Below are positions 39,051 through 51,753 of a stretch of DNA of 64,000 nucleotides, piece after piece. A program made the translations under genes and the position numbers. This DNA comes from Octopus bimaculoides. Taxonomy: Eukaryota. Location: positions 7,911,207 to 7,975,206 of the forward strand of contig NC_068999.1 of NCBI RefSeq assembly GCF_001194135.2. Direction: 5' to 3'. Below the pieces are notes generated by a model, which was not told where the DNA came from, did no database searches, and saw only the letters and a program-made list of their open reading frames with translations. Positions within the stretch are counted from its first letter, which is position 1. The number at the start of each line of letters is the position of its first letter.

Positions 39051-39097
39051 CGTGTCATAGAAAGTATTTACTCTGGCGTTAGTAGCCATTACGCATG

Positions 39098-39131
<34 letters not shown>

Positions 39132-39376
39132 CGTGCGTGCGTGTGTGCGTGTATGCGTGTATGGAGAGAGAGAGAGAGAGGGGGAGAGAGAGAGNNNNNN
39201 NNNNNNNNNNNNNNNNNNNNNNNNNNNNNNNNNNNNNNNNNNNNNNNNNNNNNNNNNNNNNNNNNNNNNNNNNNNNNNNNNNNNNNNNNNNNNNNNNNNN
39301 NNNNNNNNNNNNNNNNNNNNNNNNNNNNNNNNNNNNNNNNNNNNNNNNNNNNNNNNNNNNNNNNNNNNNNNNNNNN

Positions 39377-39416
<40 letters not shown>

Positions 39417-39431
39417 CCATACACACACACA

Positions 39432-39476
<45 letters not shown>

Positions 39477-39774
39477 GCATACACACTTTGAGTCCACGCA
39501 TGCTTCTAATGATCATTCCAAATTCGCTTTCACGCATCATCGTCTTCACCTTTCTTTGCTATTTTCTCAAACTAAACATTAATTCTATCTTCCACACCTG
39601 AATAACCAACACTAGCAATCCTCAATGCCTTAACAATCGTTTATCACAGATAAACAATTGTGAGGCATTGAGGATTGCTAGCGTTGGTCGTTTAATGATC
39701 TCCCAGTATCTTTCGAACCAAATGATTTATGCTTGTACTTTAAGCCTTTTCTTTCTTTCCTTCTTTCCTTCTTT

Positions 39775-40061
39775 CCCTTCTTCTTCTTCTTCTTCTTCTT
39801 CTTCTTCTTCTTCTTCTTCTTCTTCTTCTTCTTCTTCTTCTTCTTCTTCTTCTTCTTCTTCTTCTTCTTTATCATTACCATCATCTTTTTTCTTCTAATA
39901 ATAATAATCTTTTCTAGTCTAGGCACAAGGCCCGAAATGTTTGGTGTGTGTAGTCGATTAAGTCGACTCCAGTACGTGACTGGTACTTAATTTATAGACC
40001 CGGAAATATGACACGCAAAGTCAGTCTCGTCCAGCATGCTAACGATTCTGCCAACTCGCCG

Positions 40062-40143
<82 letters not shown>

Positions 40144-40168
40144 AAGAAGAAGAAGAAGAAGAAGAAGA

Positions 40169-40204
<36 letters not shown>

Positions 40205-40273
40205 GTGATGTTTATGATGATGATGACAACGACGACGACGACGATGATGATGATAATGATGATGATGATGATA

Positions 40274-40317
<44 letters not shown>

Positions 40318-40318
40318 A
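39775..40318. repeat. (TTC)n, a minus-strand SINE family 1 remnant, then (AAT)n(AAG)n(GAT)n
   Basis: Direct inspection; SINE head reverse complement ctgccaactcgccgcc near 40050-40063. Confidence 0.85.
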
Positions 40319-41555
40319 CCTGATTAGGGACAAAAGCAACAGGTTTTAGTGGGGAGATTAACAGATACTAGTGAACTCAGTACATAAATGATGCATCATT
40401 TTCTTGACCTGAAAGAAAGAAAGAATAATTTCTGATTTTAGCACATGACCAGCAGTTTTGAAGAGAGTCGTATCAGCTGATTTTATCGACTCCTGTACGA
40501 GACACGTACCTTATTTTATCGATGTTATTGCTATTTATTTTACGAAATATTATTTGAAAAGGGAATAGAAAATTTCTTATTTAAATTTTTGCTTCCGCTG
40601 TAATGCCGTTGTGGCATTTAAGCAAGTATCTACGCATGCGAGTGCAAGAAGAGATTTATTTCGAGTGCATCTTCAAGGGGTAACCAGAATACAGAATACA
40701 TTGTGTATTAGTCGATAAGTTCTCAAACTGTCAACACTTTATAAATGTTATATCGTCATTCCTTAAAAAACAGCTATGTGTTGCTCGTGTTCTGTACAAT
40801 CTTTGTGAACTTCTAAATATATAACCATGTTGTTAGAATCGTTTCTTATGTGTATTGACAGTTATTCTTATATATTTAATGTCGTTTGTTTTACAATAGA
40901 AATTGCATATATTACTGACATTTTCAGGCAGTGACAGTTGATTTGACGTACACAGTGAGGGACAGGAATATGTCTTTCTTTTGTCGGTGTTTGTGTTCTG
41001 GTGTTCCAAATAATTTATAACTTTCTTGTTCCAAATTATTTGTAACTTTCTTGCGTATCATTAATGAGATTTAGCGGAATTCGCTTATCTTCAAAGCAAA
41101 TGGCCTCTTACAATATAGAAAAAGGTTTTTGTACATCGTATGTCAACATCTATTAAATATAGCGGATAAAACCATGTATTATTTGTCTGACTCTTGTTGG
41201 ATTGCATGTACCTATATTTAATGGTTTGTTTGAAATTGCTACATGATGGTGTTATTGTAACATATATTTGCTTCCCTATTAAATGGCATTGCGTCGTAAA
41301 AATTGCCGACGTTCTTTGCAGGAAATGATGGGTAGTTTCTAAGAACGCAAGGTGTCTTGTTTGAATTATCCATCTCATGTTTGGGTCATTTGTTATAAAG
41401 CTAAAAGTTAAATGCAGAATTTTATTTCGTGAATATTACTTACTGTTCAAGTAATATATCATCCTGTAACTTATTCACTACCTACCTATTTTGCTTACGA
41501 AGATTAATCAGCTGTCATCTCTATAGATTCCGCCATTAATTCTAAGGTATATACG

Positions 41556-41623
<68 letters not shown>

Positions 41624-41706
41624 GTGTGTCTGTGTGTCTGTCTTATATATCTATCTGTCTATCTGTCTATTTATTTATCGATCTATCTATCCATTTAGCT
41701 ATCTAT

Positions 41707-41757
<51 letters not shown>

Positions 41758-42436
41758 CACATACTCATATATATATACATACACATACTCATATATATAC
41801 ATACACATATATATACATACATATATATATATATAGAAAGAATTCCGTGAGCTCCACTGTTTTCACACGAATGCTTACAGGGTAGCTTTTGCTACGCTTT
41901 CTCGTGTGCATGTTATTGCAAAAGAACATCAGCCTACGCTATAATTTATATGCTATTATCTGTCATGGAAGAATGAAGTCTTCTGAAGTCTCTGACCTTT
42001 AAATTACATATTTAGAGAAAGATGGATAGCACTCAATAAAATTGACTGAATGTGTATTCATATTTATTCAAGACGTATGTTAAACAGATAATAACCGATC
42101 GCTTTGCTCCACAGCGCTAGCCTAAAGATTCTCTAAATAATCTCGTTGATTTTATCTAATGTGATTTGATTTATTCTTCTTACTTCAGCTTCCCTTCGAT
42201 CAATGTAACAATCGTGCTATTCATAAAGTTGGGTTTTATGTTTTTTTAAGAAAATTAGTATTTCTACATTATAATCTAGTTTAGCACTAGAGATGCTTTT
42301 CTTTGTTGTTCTTAATGTTCCTGTTTGTCACGTTGAATGTTATAAGTATGCAGCTGTTCTTTCTTTTCCTGTTGTCTGAATTTCTAAGAAATATATGCGT
42401 GTGTGTGTATGTGTGTATGAATGCATGTGTGTGCAC

Positions 42437-42471
<35 letters not shown>

Positions 42472-42902
42472 GGGATAGATACATGCACATTTAAAATTTA
42501 TAAATATTTAACGCATATATGCATGTATGTATATATATATGTGTATATATATGTGTATATATATATATATATAGTATTTTCAGCTGCATTTAGTCATTAT
42601 AATTCTGTCCAATATTCGTTATTGACAAAAACGTATGTTTCAAAATTTCCCACTTAAGTTAAATATAAGTTCGTATTCAGGCTTTTGAAAGAAATAATAT
42701 GAAGAGCCTTATCTTTTTTTAAATCCATTATATGCCAACAATAGTCTTTTGCAGGTTGTTTGGTTTGCATTCGACTATTTATATTCAGTTACTTTTTAAT
42801 CAATATATGATATTTCGATGACCTGCTACTCTCTTTGATTACAATTGATTAATTGATGACGCTAGATGTCAGTCCCATATGTATTCACATGACATGCGCA
42901 CA

Positions 42903-42940
<38 letters not shown>

Positions 42941-43129
42941 CACAAACACTCACACACACACAAACACATACACACACATATAGAGACACATACATATATA
43001 TATTTATATNNNNNNNNNNNNNNNNNNNNNNNNNNNNNNNNNNNNNNNNNNNNNNNNNNNNNNNNNNNNNNNNNNNNNNNNNNNNNNNNNNNNNNNNNNN
43101 NTATATATATATATATATATATTATATAT

Positions 43130-43300
43130 GGGAGAATTTACGAAAAAAACAACAACAGACGAGGACAGGTGGTGTAAAAAACAAAAGGATGTATTAGTTT
43201 AACGCTCGGGAATACAGAAAGTCTTTAACGTTTTCGAGCTACGCTCTTCAACAGAAAGAATACGGAGAAAACAAGGAGAAAAACACGGAGAAAAAAAATT
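43130..43300 (-). mobile_element. PLE pseudo-LTR-like fragment, family B
   Basis: Near-identical to 57893-58060 and to the reverse complement of 63628-63792; partial copy ~44497-44590; all abut (TA)n. Confidence 0.75.
43223..43258 (-). ncRNA. Minimal hammerhead motif, family B (A6U core)
   Basis: CTTT-CTGTTGA-a-GAGC(gta)GCTC-GAAA-ACG-TT-AAAG. Confidence 0.6.
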
Positions 43301-43380
43301 GAATGTTTTGGTCAGCGATTAATCATGGCGACTGCTGGACATAAAGAGACAGAGAGAGAGACAGACAGAGAGAGAGATAC

Positions 43381-43411
<31 letters not shown>

Positions 43412-43505
43412 GATACAGAGAAAGATATAGACACGGAGAGAGAATAGGGTACAACAATGCACCAATATCTATTGGAAATAGTAGTCGATAATATACGATA
43501 ATATA

Positions 43506-43678
43506 CTGGTGAAGACGTTTGCGGATGGCGAACGTAAAAGGTTTCATTTTACCTGTAGGAAGAACATTAGAACAGCCCAGGCATAGATAATCTAGGACCT
43601 CGGTTTCGAACTCTCCAAAATACGTTTGCTAACGTAAATTTGATTAGTTCTCTTCAGCTAGATTCACCAGACAAAATT
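43506..43678 (-). mobile_element. Hammerhead-bearing repeat, family G, second copy
   Basis: Colinear with 19383-19560; ends CTGGTGAA and TTCACCAG are complementary. Confidence 0.65.
43589..43664 (-). ncRNA. Canonical type I hammerhead ribozyme motif (family G)
   Basis: AATCTAG-CTGAAGA-GAACT..33 nt..AGTTC-GAAA-CC(GA)GG-TC-CTAGATT; all core residues canonical, G10.1-C11.1, GUC site (C17 = 43596), perfect 7-bp stem I. Confidence 0.85.
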
Positions 43679-43757
43679 TTGAATATTGCCACATCAGTGC
43701 CAGCATACTCGCTTGAACGCCTAAGCCTTTAACAGAACCGATAACAGTGAAAATGCT

Positions 43758-43809
<52 letters not shown>

Positions 43810-44204
43810 CTTTAAGGTTTAATTCAACTGGTTTTCAAACATTCAAACGCCATGTTGTACAAAGTACTCTTGTGTTTAATCAAATGGAACAGTTTAATCA
43901 AATAGATTAATGAAAATTCTGTTTACAAATCACAGCTGGTGTCGTGGTCTGCAGTATTCTTACTGTCGTCGTAAAAAATATTATTTTTATCACATTATGG
44001 AGATTAAATTTGTAATTTAAGTAATGATGGTTGTTTTATTTATTTTTTTTTTCATTTCTTTCCGATATCAATACGGTATCGATGTATACTAATATATTGG
44101 CATTGATGAAACATATTCACTGGTATGCATGCATAAATACACACGCACATACGTATGATACAGTACATGTATATATAAGTATGAATATTCATGTGCGTGA
44201 TCGG

Positions 44205-44242
<38 letters not shown>

Positions 44243-44442
44243 TTATATTAATATTTGTTTCTATGTTCAGTTATAAAGAAAACAATTTTGCATTAGTCTG
44301 ATGGGTAACTCTACACTTTTGTAGAGTACAAATTTATTATTCTTATAAAATAATGTTGACAGTGACTTCGAAATTTCGGCCACCCAAGGCATCGTCGACA
44401 GTCCGTCGATGGCCGTGTATGTGTCTGTTATGAGCGTATATA

Positions 44443-44496
<54 letters not shown>

Positions 44497-44789
44497 TTCA
44501 AAAGAAGGAAAAAGACAAAAAAACAATAACAAAAAACACCGTGAGGACGTGATACAGATAGTGTTACTAGACGCTCGGGAAAGGAAAGAGAGAGAGTNNN
44601 NNNNNNNNNNNNNNNNNNNNNNNNNNNNNNNNNNNNNNNNNNNNNNNNNNNNNNNNNNNNNNNNNNNNNNNNNNNNNNNNNNNNNNNNNNNNNNNNNNNN
44701 NNNNNNNNNNNNNNNNNNNNNNNNNNNNNNNNNNNNNNNNNNNNNNNNNNNNNNNNNNNNNNNNNNNNNNNNNNNNNNNNNNNNNNNNN

Positions 44790-44838
<49 letters not shown>

Positions 44839-45349
44839 ATTTTGTTCGTGTTTGAGCTTTTCCTTCAATACCGCTTGACAACCGGTGTTGGTGTTTTACC
44901 GTTCTTATAATTTAGCGGTTCAGCAAAAGAATATACTTACATACGTTCATACATACATACATGTCAAGCAGTTCACAGCTGCTTGTAGATGAATTGTGGC
45001 GATGGCTAGAGTAAACTTAATTAACGGTAATGAAAGAAGTTGGCATGAAAAACGGGAAATTTTGTAATGAAGGACTGAGCTGTTATTTTCAGTGGTTGTT
45101 TCTGTAGAATCTCGTTCATTCAGCAACCAATGAAAGAGTAGATTCTAAACCTCAGAGATACGTTTGTTAATTAGTATTACATCGGCAGCAGACTACACCG
45201 TTAAGTGGACATATGGATATCGTATTACTACAACAATTGCATTCGTTAATTCTGTGGACTATTATGTTATGCATATATGCATAATACATCCATGCACGTA
45301 CGCCCGCGAACACTCACTCTATCTCTCTCTCTCTCACACACACATAAAT

Positions 45350-45386
<37 letters not shown>

Positions 45387-46474
45387 CATGTATACATATA
45401 CACACACACGTTTCCTTATGGAATAGCCATGCATTTTGAGACTGAACGATTGGTCAGAGCCATCTGGTTAATGCATTATCCGAGTATGAAACTTGAAGTA
45501 GCTCATGAATACTACCAGTAATTATGAAACGATATTTATCACCCACTTTATTGAATATATTGACGTTGATCCTACCATCCAGCGAACAGTTCACTATATA
45601 CACATACATACATACATGCATACATACATACATACATAAATACAAATATACATATATATAAGGCAAGAGAAAGAAGGAGAGAGGGGAGCGGNNNNNNNNN
45701 NNNNNNNNNNNNNNNNNNNNNNNNNNNNNNNNNNNNNNNNNNNNNNNNNNNNNNNNNNNNNNNNNNNTATATATATATATACATTTATATATATATGCAT
45801 GTATATATTTATTTATATATATATATTTACATATATATACGTAATTTGACGAAGTTTATGAGTCCTTTTTCCATAAAGGTCTTTGGCCGGCTCGAGGCTA
45901 TAGTAGAAGATACCTTCTCAAGGTGCCACGCAGGGAGACTGAACCCGGAACCATTTGTTTGGGAAGCAAACTTCTTACCACCCAGCCACTCCTGCGTCTA
46001 TATATATATGTGTGTGTGTGTATGTGTGTGTGTCTGCGTATTCGATTACATTTATGAGAGCAAATACGTTTATGTAAGTATGAATATATGTAAGTAGAAT
46101 TTTATTATGTGTGCATATGTGTGTACATACACACAGTTACATGTGTGTGCTCATATGTACATATGTACGTATATGAATGTTTCTGTCTACGTATATGTGT
46201 ACTGAAAAGGTAAATGTACGCGTACTTATAGAAATGGCTGATGTGAATTCTACTCGGTGGCACGAAAACTCCGGAAATTTATTATGAAAAGTTTTCCAGC
46301 ATTCGTCTACAAGGTTCTGACCACATATCGATATCATATTCACAGATTGATTAGCCTCGTTATTTCGATTAGTAGATCTATTTAACAGTGCATCTATAGT
46401 TCTGTCAGTACATATCGATGTGTGTGTGAGTATATATATATTACCGACTGATGTGAGATCGTGTGCTGAAACAA

Positions 46475-46698
46475 AAACTATTGCAGCGTAGGTGTTTAGA
46501 AGCCATTTAAAACACACAAAATCCGTTAGATTCACTTCAACATTTAAATTTAATTTGCCAAAATATTTTCATCGCTTTCAGACCGCGACATGTTCACTGA
46601 CAAAATTCTGTGCTGCCTCTCAAAGCGACGAAAATATTTTGGCAAATTAAATTTAAATATTGAAGTGAATTTAACGGTTTTTGTGTGTTTTAAATGGC
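46475..46698 (-). mobile_element. PLE pseudo-LTR-like fragment with inverted partial copy, family C
   Basis: Arms 46502-46578 and 46622-46698 are reverse complements; same family at 61775-61988 in opposite orientation. Confidence 0.75.
46554..46604 (-). ncRNA. Type I hammerhead-like motif with G3-C8 swapped core (family C)
   Basis: TTTGTCA-GTGAACA-t-GTCGC(ggtctgaaa)GCGAT-GAAA-ATAT-TT-TGGCAAA. Confidence 0.6.
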
Positions 46699-46699
46699 C

Positions 46700-46950
46700 G
46701 AACGACCACACAGATGATTGATTTGCTTATAGGGATCGAATGTTTGTGTATACCAAAGCTCATCCTCTCCATCACATCGACATTACCTGTACAGGTGTAT
46801 CGTGTGATACGTATCAGATAACGAAATGAACGCAGAGCAACGTGACATGAAGCGCTTTGCTCAAGAACACAAGTCAACGCCCGGTCTGGGAATCGAACAC
46901 ACGATCTCGAAATCGTGTGTACAACACCCTAACCACAAAGTCATGCGCCT
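46700..46950 (-). mobile_element. SINE family 4
   Basis: gcaacgtgacatgaagcgctttgctcaagaacacaa...cggtctgggaatcgaac...ccctaaccac. Confidence 0.7.
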
Positions 46951-46980
46951 CCTCATATGTACACACACACACACACACAT

Positions 46981-47023
<43 letters not shown>

Positions 47024-47558
47024 TACATATATATATATATATACATACTCACACACTACAGTCTTCCCTACTGTTTCCGACAACCAAATTCTTACTCGAG
47101 GTATTGTTATGTGTGGCGCTGTGGTAGAAGACACTTGCCCAAGATGGCCAGCAGCGGGACTGCAAAGCGAACATCTTAACTGCAGAACCATAAGCTCCAC
47201 AATTAAATCGAGTACCACTCATATAGATATACCATGTACGTATACGCTCACCATGTTTAAAGAGAAACACGTAAAAATTTGTAATTATTAGTAATGGTTT
47301 CTGCGCGTTTCTTTTACTTAAGCCATTATAACAGCATTAGAATCATGTTTGTTCTAATTTTGATTTCTTTAATCTTGCAATTAAACTACCATTCCAAGCT
47401 TGAAAGAATTATTCAATTTCTGTGAGAAGATTCTTGTAGTTTTCATGACGAAATATATCAAACACTTTATTATTCCACTTAAGTTTTTAATCACTATTAT
47501 TGCTTTTATTATTATCATTATTATTATTATTATAATTATTATTATTATTATTATTATT

Positions 47559-47603
<45 letters not shown>

Positions 47604-47887
47604 ATTGACGGTGTCATCATTGTTGTTGATGTTATTTGTTTTTCCATATTTTGTTTTCTGTTTTCTTCCACTTATTTGGAAAATTGGTTTTAAATATTCA
47701 CTTTAATGCTTTCTTTTTCTTTTTTTTTTGTTTTGTGTTTTGTTTTTTCTTGTTTAATGTTTTGGATTATCCAAAAGACGTTTCTTTGGCAATAAAGAAC
47801 CTAATAAAACTCTTCTGCAAAACATTAAAATCCATTTCCGTTATTTGCAATTCAAAAACAAGCAAAAATAAACCGAAAAAAAAGAAG

Positions 47888-47952
<65 letters not shown>

Positions 47953-48757
47953 TACACACTTACACACATATACACATAGAAACATGCATGTACACGCAAG
48001 CGGTATACATGCATTAAAGCCTATTGCAGGCCATGTTGCAGTTACTGTCAATCTTCACAGTATATTTATCTAATTTATGCTCCGATAAATAGTTTCTTTT
48101 TACCACTCACCTGAAATGATTGCAGGAAAATAGCAGTTTTATTTTTTTCTAATTCATTTTATTGTCGTATTTATTTATCTATTTATTTACTTATTTGCAA
48201 TTTCACGAATATTGACAACAAAAAAAAAAATGTCCTCAAATTATGAAGTCGAAAAATAATTGAATTTATTGTTTGGAAAAAGATTTTCTAAAAACAAAAA
48301 CGGTCGATATTGCCAAAATTTAAATTACCATGTGTGAAGATGTAAGAATTTTTTTTTTCCTCCTGTTTTTCTTTTTGTCGTTTTTGTCTTCCTACGTTAT
48401 TGCGTTGAAAGAATATATTTTCTGATGTCGAGGCTGGTTGTTTGCGAGAATGGTTAGTGTGCTGCATAAAATTCTTAGCAAGGAGCCTTCCAGCTTCTTT
48501 TACGTTCCAACAGAGATGAAAATTCCAGACCTTCAGCATAAATTATTTCTCCCGTAGTTATACAGCCTTAAATTTCTGGAGTGCGGGTAAGTCGATTGCG
48601 TCAACCTTCCACCTCCAGTACTCAAATAGTATTCAATTTTGCGAGAGCAGGGAATTGGTGAGATCGATAGTATTGCTTTTCAATCAACTCTTTTTCACCT
48701 TTTACCTCTCCTCTTATTCTCTCTTCCCTTCTTCTATTCTCACTCTTCCCTTTCTCA

Positions 48758-48832
<75 letters not shown>

Positions 48833-49194
48833 AATATATATATATATATTTATATATTCATAAATAAGGCATATAAGTTATTTTTTTATCAAATATAACC
48901 AATCCAGGAACTCTTTGATACCACCCTTCGTAAACTGCTTTAATCAAGCAAGCACCACTCCCTTCGTTATCGATTATTAAAACAAAAACCTGCCAGGGAA
49001 AAGACGATATACAAGTCATATGTTACGGTTGGAAGCTATTCTATATTTGAATGCCTCATTGAATTAAGAGTAATTTAATAACACCACTCTAAAGGAAAAT
49101 TTACTAAATATACAGGAAAATTATAATTAAATTTTTGGAGATATAATTCAGTTTATTATATTCTCAAAATATAATTATAGATATCAGACATATA

Positions 49195-49640
49195 AACTGA
49201 CGTCTACTGACTTGGCTGTGTGGTAAGAAGTTTCCTTCGCGGTCACATGGTTCCGGGTTCATTCCCACTGTGTGGTATCTTGAGCAAGCGGTTTTTACAA
49301 TAGCCTCGGTCCGACCAAAGCATTGTGAGTGGATTTGACAGATAAAAACTGCAATAAAGCCATCGGACACCCACATATACACGCGCGCGTGTGTTTGCAT
49401 CTGTTTCTCACCCACCACCGCTTGAGAACTGGTGTCGGTGTGTTTACGTATCCGTAAATTAGCGGTTCAGTAAAAGAGAACGGTAGAATAAGTTTATATA
49501 GTTACCGTCTGACAAATCTACTCAGAAGGCATTAGTTGGTGCAGGGCTATAATGGAAAACACTTACCCATGCAGTGGGACTGAACGCGGAACAATGTAGT
49601 TGAGAAGCAAGCTTCTTACCACACAGCCACGCTTGCGCTT
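49195..49640. mobile_element. Two SINE family 2 copies in inverted orientation
   Basis: Plus copy 49195-49490, minus head 49510-49640 (gtgggactgaacgcggaac...cttcttaccacacagccac). Confidence 0.75.
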
Positions 49641-51344
49641 ACAGTCACGCTTGCTCCTATCGTCACACCATCACCTTCCTGAAGACTACAGACCAGCTCT
49701 CCAAATGCTTCCTTCGATTGTTTGTTTATAGTTTCCCTAACGATGACAAACACTTATTCGGAAGTACCAGCATACAGTAACAACATACATCAAGAAGGCA
49801 ATGAACTCAATGAACTTCTGGCCTTATGAATACATTATATTGTTAGTTCTATGTGACATTTGAATGCGTTATCTTCACCGGTGAGTTTCGCAGCATGAAA
49901 AAAAATATATGCAACGAGTTTCTATCTTTATAGATATATCTTTCTGTTGGTGTTTGAACATCGCATTTGAAGTTAGAACGAATGTCCAACGTGTGCTTAC
50001 TCTAGTTTAATTTCTGATTATCAACATACAGAAAAGAAACAACGAAATAACCAGAAATATATAAATAACAAAAAGAAACATAAAGAAAAGTCATCCATCC
50101 AACTATTTTCGCCACCCAATATTCCTGGACAGGTCGTGGGATCAGACCCCTCAGGCCCCTCTTCCGCAAGGTCCTGTCAGAAGCAACCATCGGTTGGATT
50201 CTCAAGCGTGACCAACTGAGATTATGGATATTATCCAGCGTGTATATATTAATTTAATTCAAGCCGGACTATCTTCACACAAATCTGTGACTGTTTTCTT
50301 TACCGATTTCTATATCGAAACAAGCATTTTTGCCTCAGCTCAGAACGTATTGGGTATTCATCACTGAGGAGACAGAATTAGTTTGAAACACGACGTCGGT
50401 TGATCCACCAACATTTTGAGCTAAGCTTTGTTTTTTAATACAAAAGTCACTTTGAGAAGATTCTTTGAGATACAGTAATATTACACCTACTGCTGTATAC
50501 ACATTGCATATATTATACACACCTGTATTGTAATCTAAAACTGATTGAAGTGTATATAATAATTTAATTCTATCCCAGCTATATTTTACACAAATCAAGA
50601 AATGATTTGTTTACCGAATTCTTTTATCTAATTACAAAATCTTGTATTTTTAAAAGAGGAGGAAAAGAGTATATGTGATGTTCATTCAGATCAAAATTAG
50701 GTTAGTTGCATAAAAGGTCAATGAAGAAGAAGTAGTTGACGGGAGTGAAATTAGCCCTATTGTATTTTCTCCAGAGAGAAATGCGCCGTCAACCTCGGAT
50801 TGGTGTGAGCCAAGAAACAGAGCGCCGAACTTGATATATAAAACCACTCAACCTAGAGTCCAGCTATTTCAGTGAATAGTCACCTCTCAGTATAATTGCG
50901 TAATTAAATCATGAATATCTACCAATGTGAATGAATGAATGAATGAATGAAATGAATGAATGAAATAAACAGCCACTTCGTAACATTTCTATCCTCGATA
51001 CATAGGAGACGTCGCTTACCTTGAATTCAATTAGAATGATATCAATTAGCAAGACGTAAATTCATCAGTCTTTAATTAGGCGCAAATCTTTTGTAGAATC
51101 AAATAGCGTTAATGGTATATAGTCAGAATACAAGATGACTAAATTTATAACCTAGTCAGACATGATATCGAAATCTTATTCAACCAACTTGCGAAATTGT
51201 TGATAATTAACATGAAGAGGATAATGATTCAGTAATTCTGTAAATGTTCTTGTATTTATTGAAGTTCATACGTACTGTTTAATAATGACATTTATGTTGG
51301 TGAGAGTGTATCCAATGATTATACAATTTTGAAGAGACGAAGTA

Positions 51345-51596
51345 GTGGGTTGCTGCATAATTATTGCGGCATTTTCTGCAACAAATTTTCTTCAACAAAA
51401 ACAAAAACAATATTTAACAAAAACATCTTTAAATGACGGTCTGACCGTCTGCCAAGCAAATGGGAAGCAGTAATTGAAGTAGATGGTGAATATGCTCCGG
51501 AACAATCATTTAAAGATGTTTTTGTTACATGTTTTTATAGTTTTTTGTTGAATAAAATTTGTTGAAAAAAGCCGCAATAATTATGCACCAAACCAA
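51345..51596 (+). mobile_element. Mariner-derived MITE, ~90-bp TIRs, TA flanks
   Basis: Left TA|GTGGGTTGCTGCATAATTATTGCGGC, right GCCGCAATAATTATGCACCAAACCAA|TA; core encodes RLPSKWEAVIEVDGEYAPE, a mariner C-terminal (L..RW..VI...G.Y)-like peptide. Confidence 0.85.
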
Positions 51597-51753
51597 TATA
51601 TACAGATATGCAATAAAAGAAATCTTATATCAGTTGATGACTGAATTTTTCACCGAATTCTATAAAAAGCAACAGAGGAAGAGTTTCATTTTATTTCTTA
51701 TGCATTTTCGTCGTCGTCGTCGTCGTCGTCCTTACTGTTGTCGCTTAAATGAT

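Noticed and set aside
44294-44340. CTGATGG followed by hairpin ACTCTACA-cttt-TGTAGAGT
   Set aside because: No GAAA after the stem and no NUH/stem I
45164-45290. DYTVKWTYGYRITTTIAFVNSV as GPCR exon 2 (W-x-x-G, ECL1-like)
   Set aside because: Lacks the conserved TM3 cysteine and DRY/ERY motif and has no convincing phase-0 acceptor
50335-50598. 87-aa minus-strand ORF as a terminal exon
   Set aside because: No recognisable domain or splice support; length is attainable by chance
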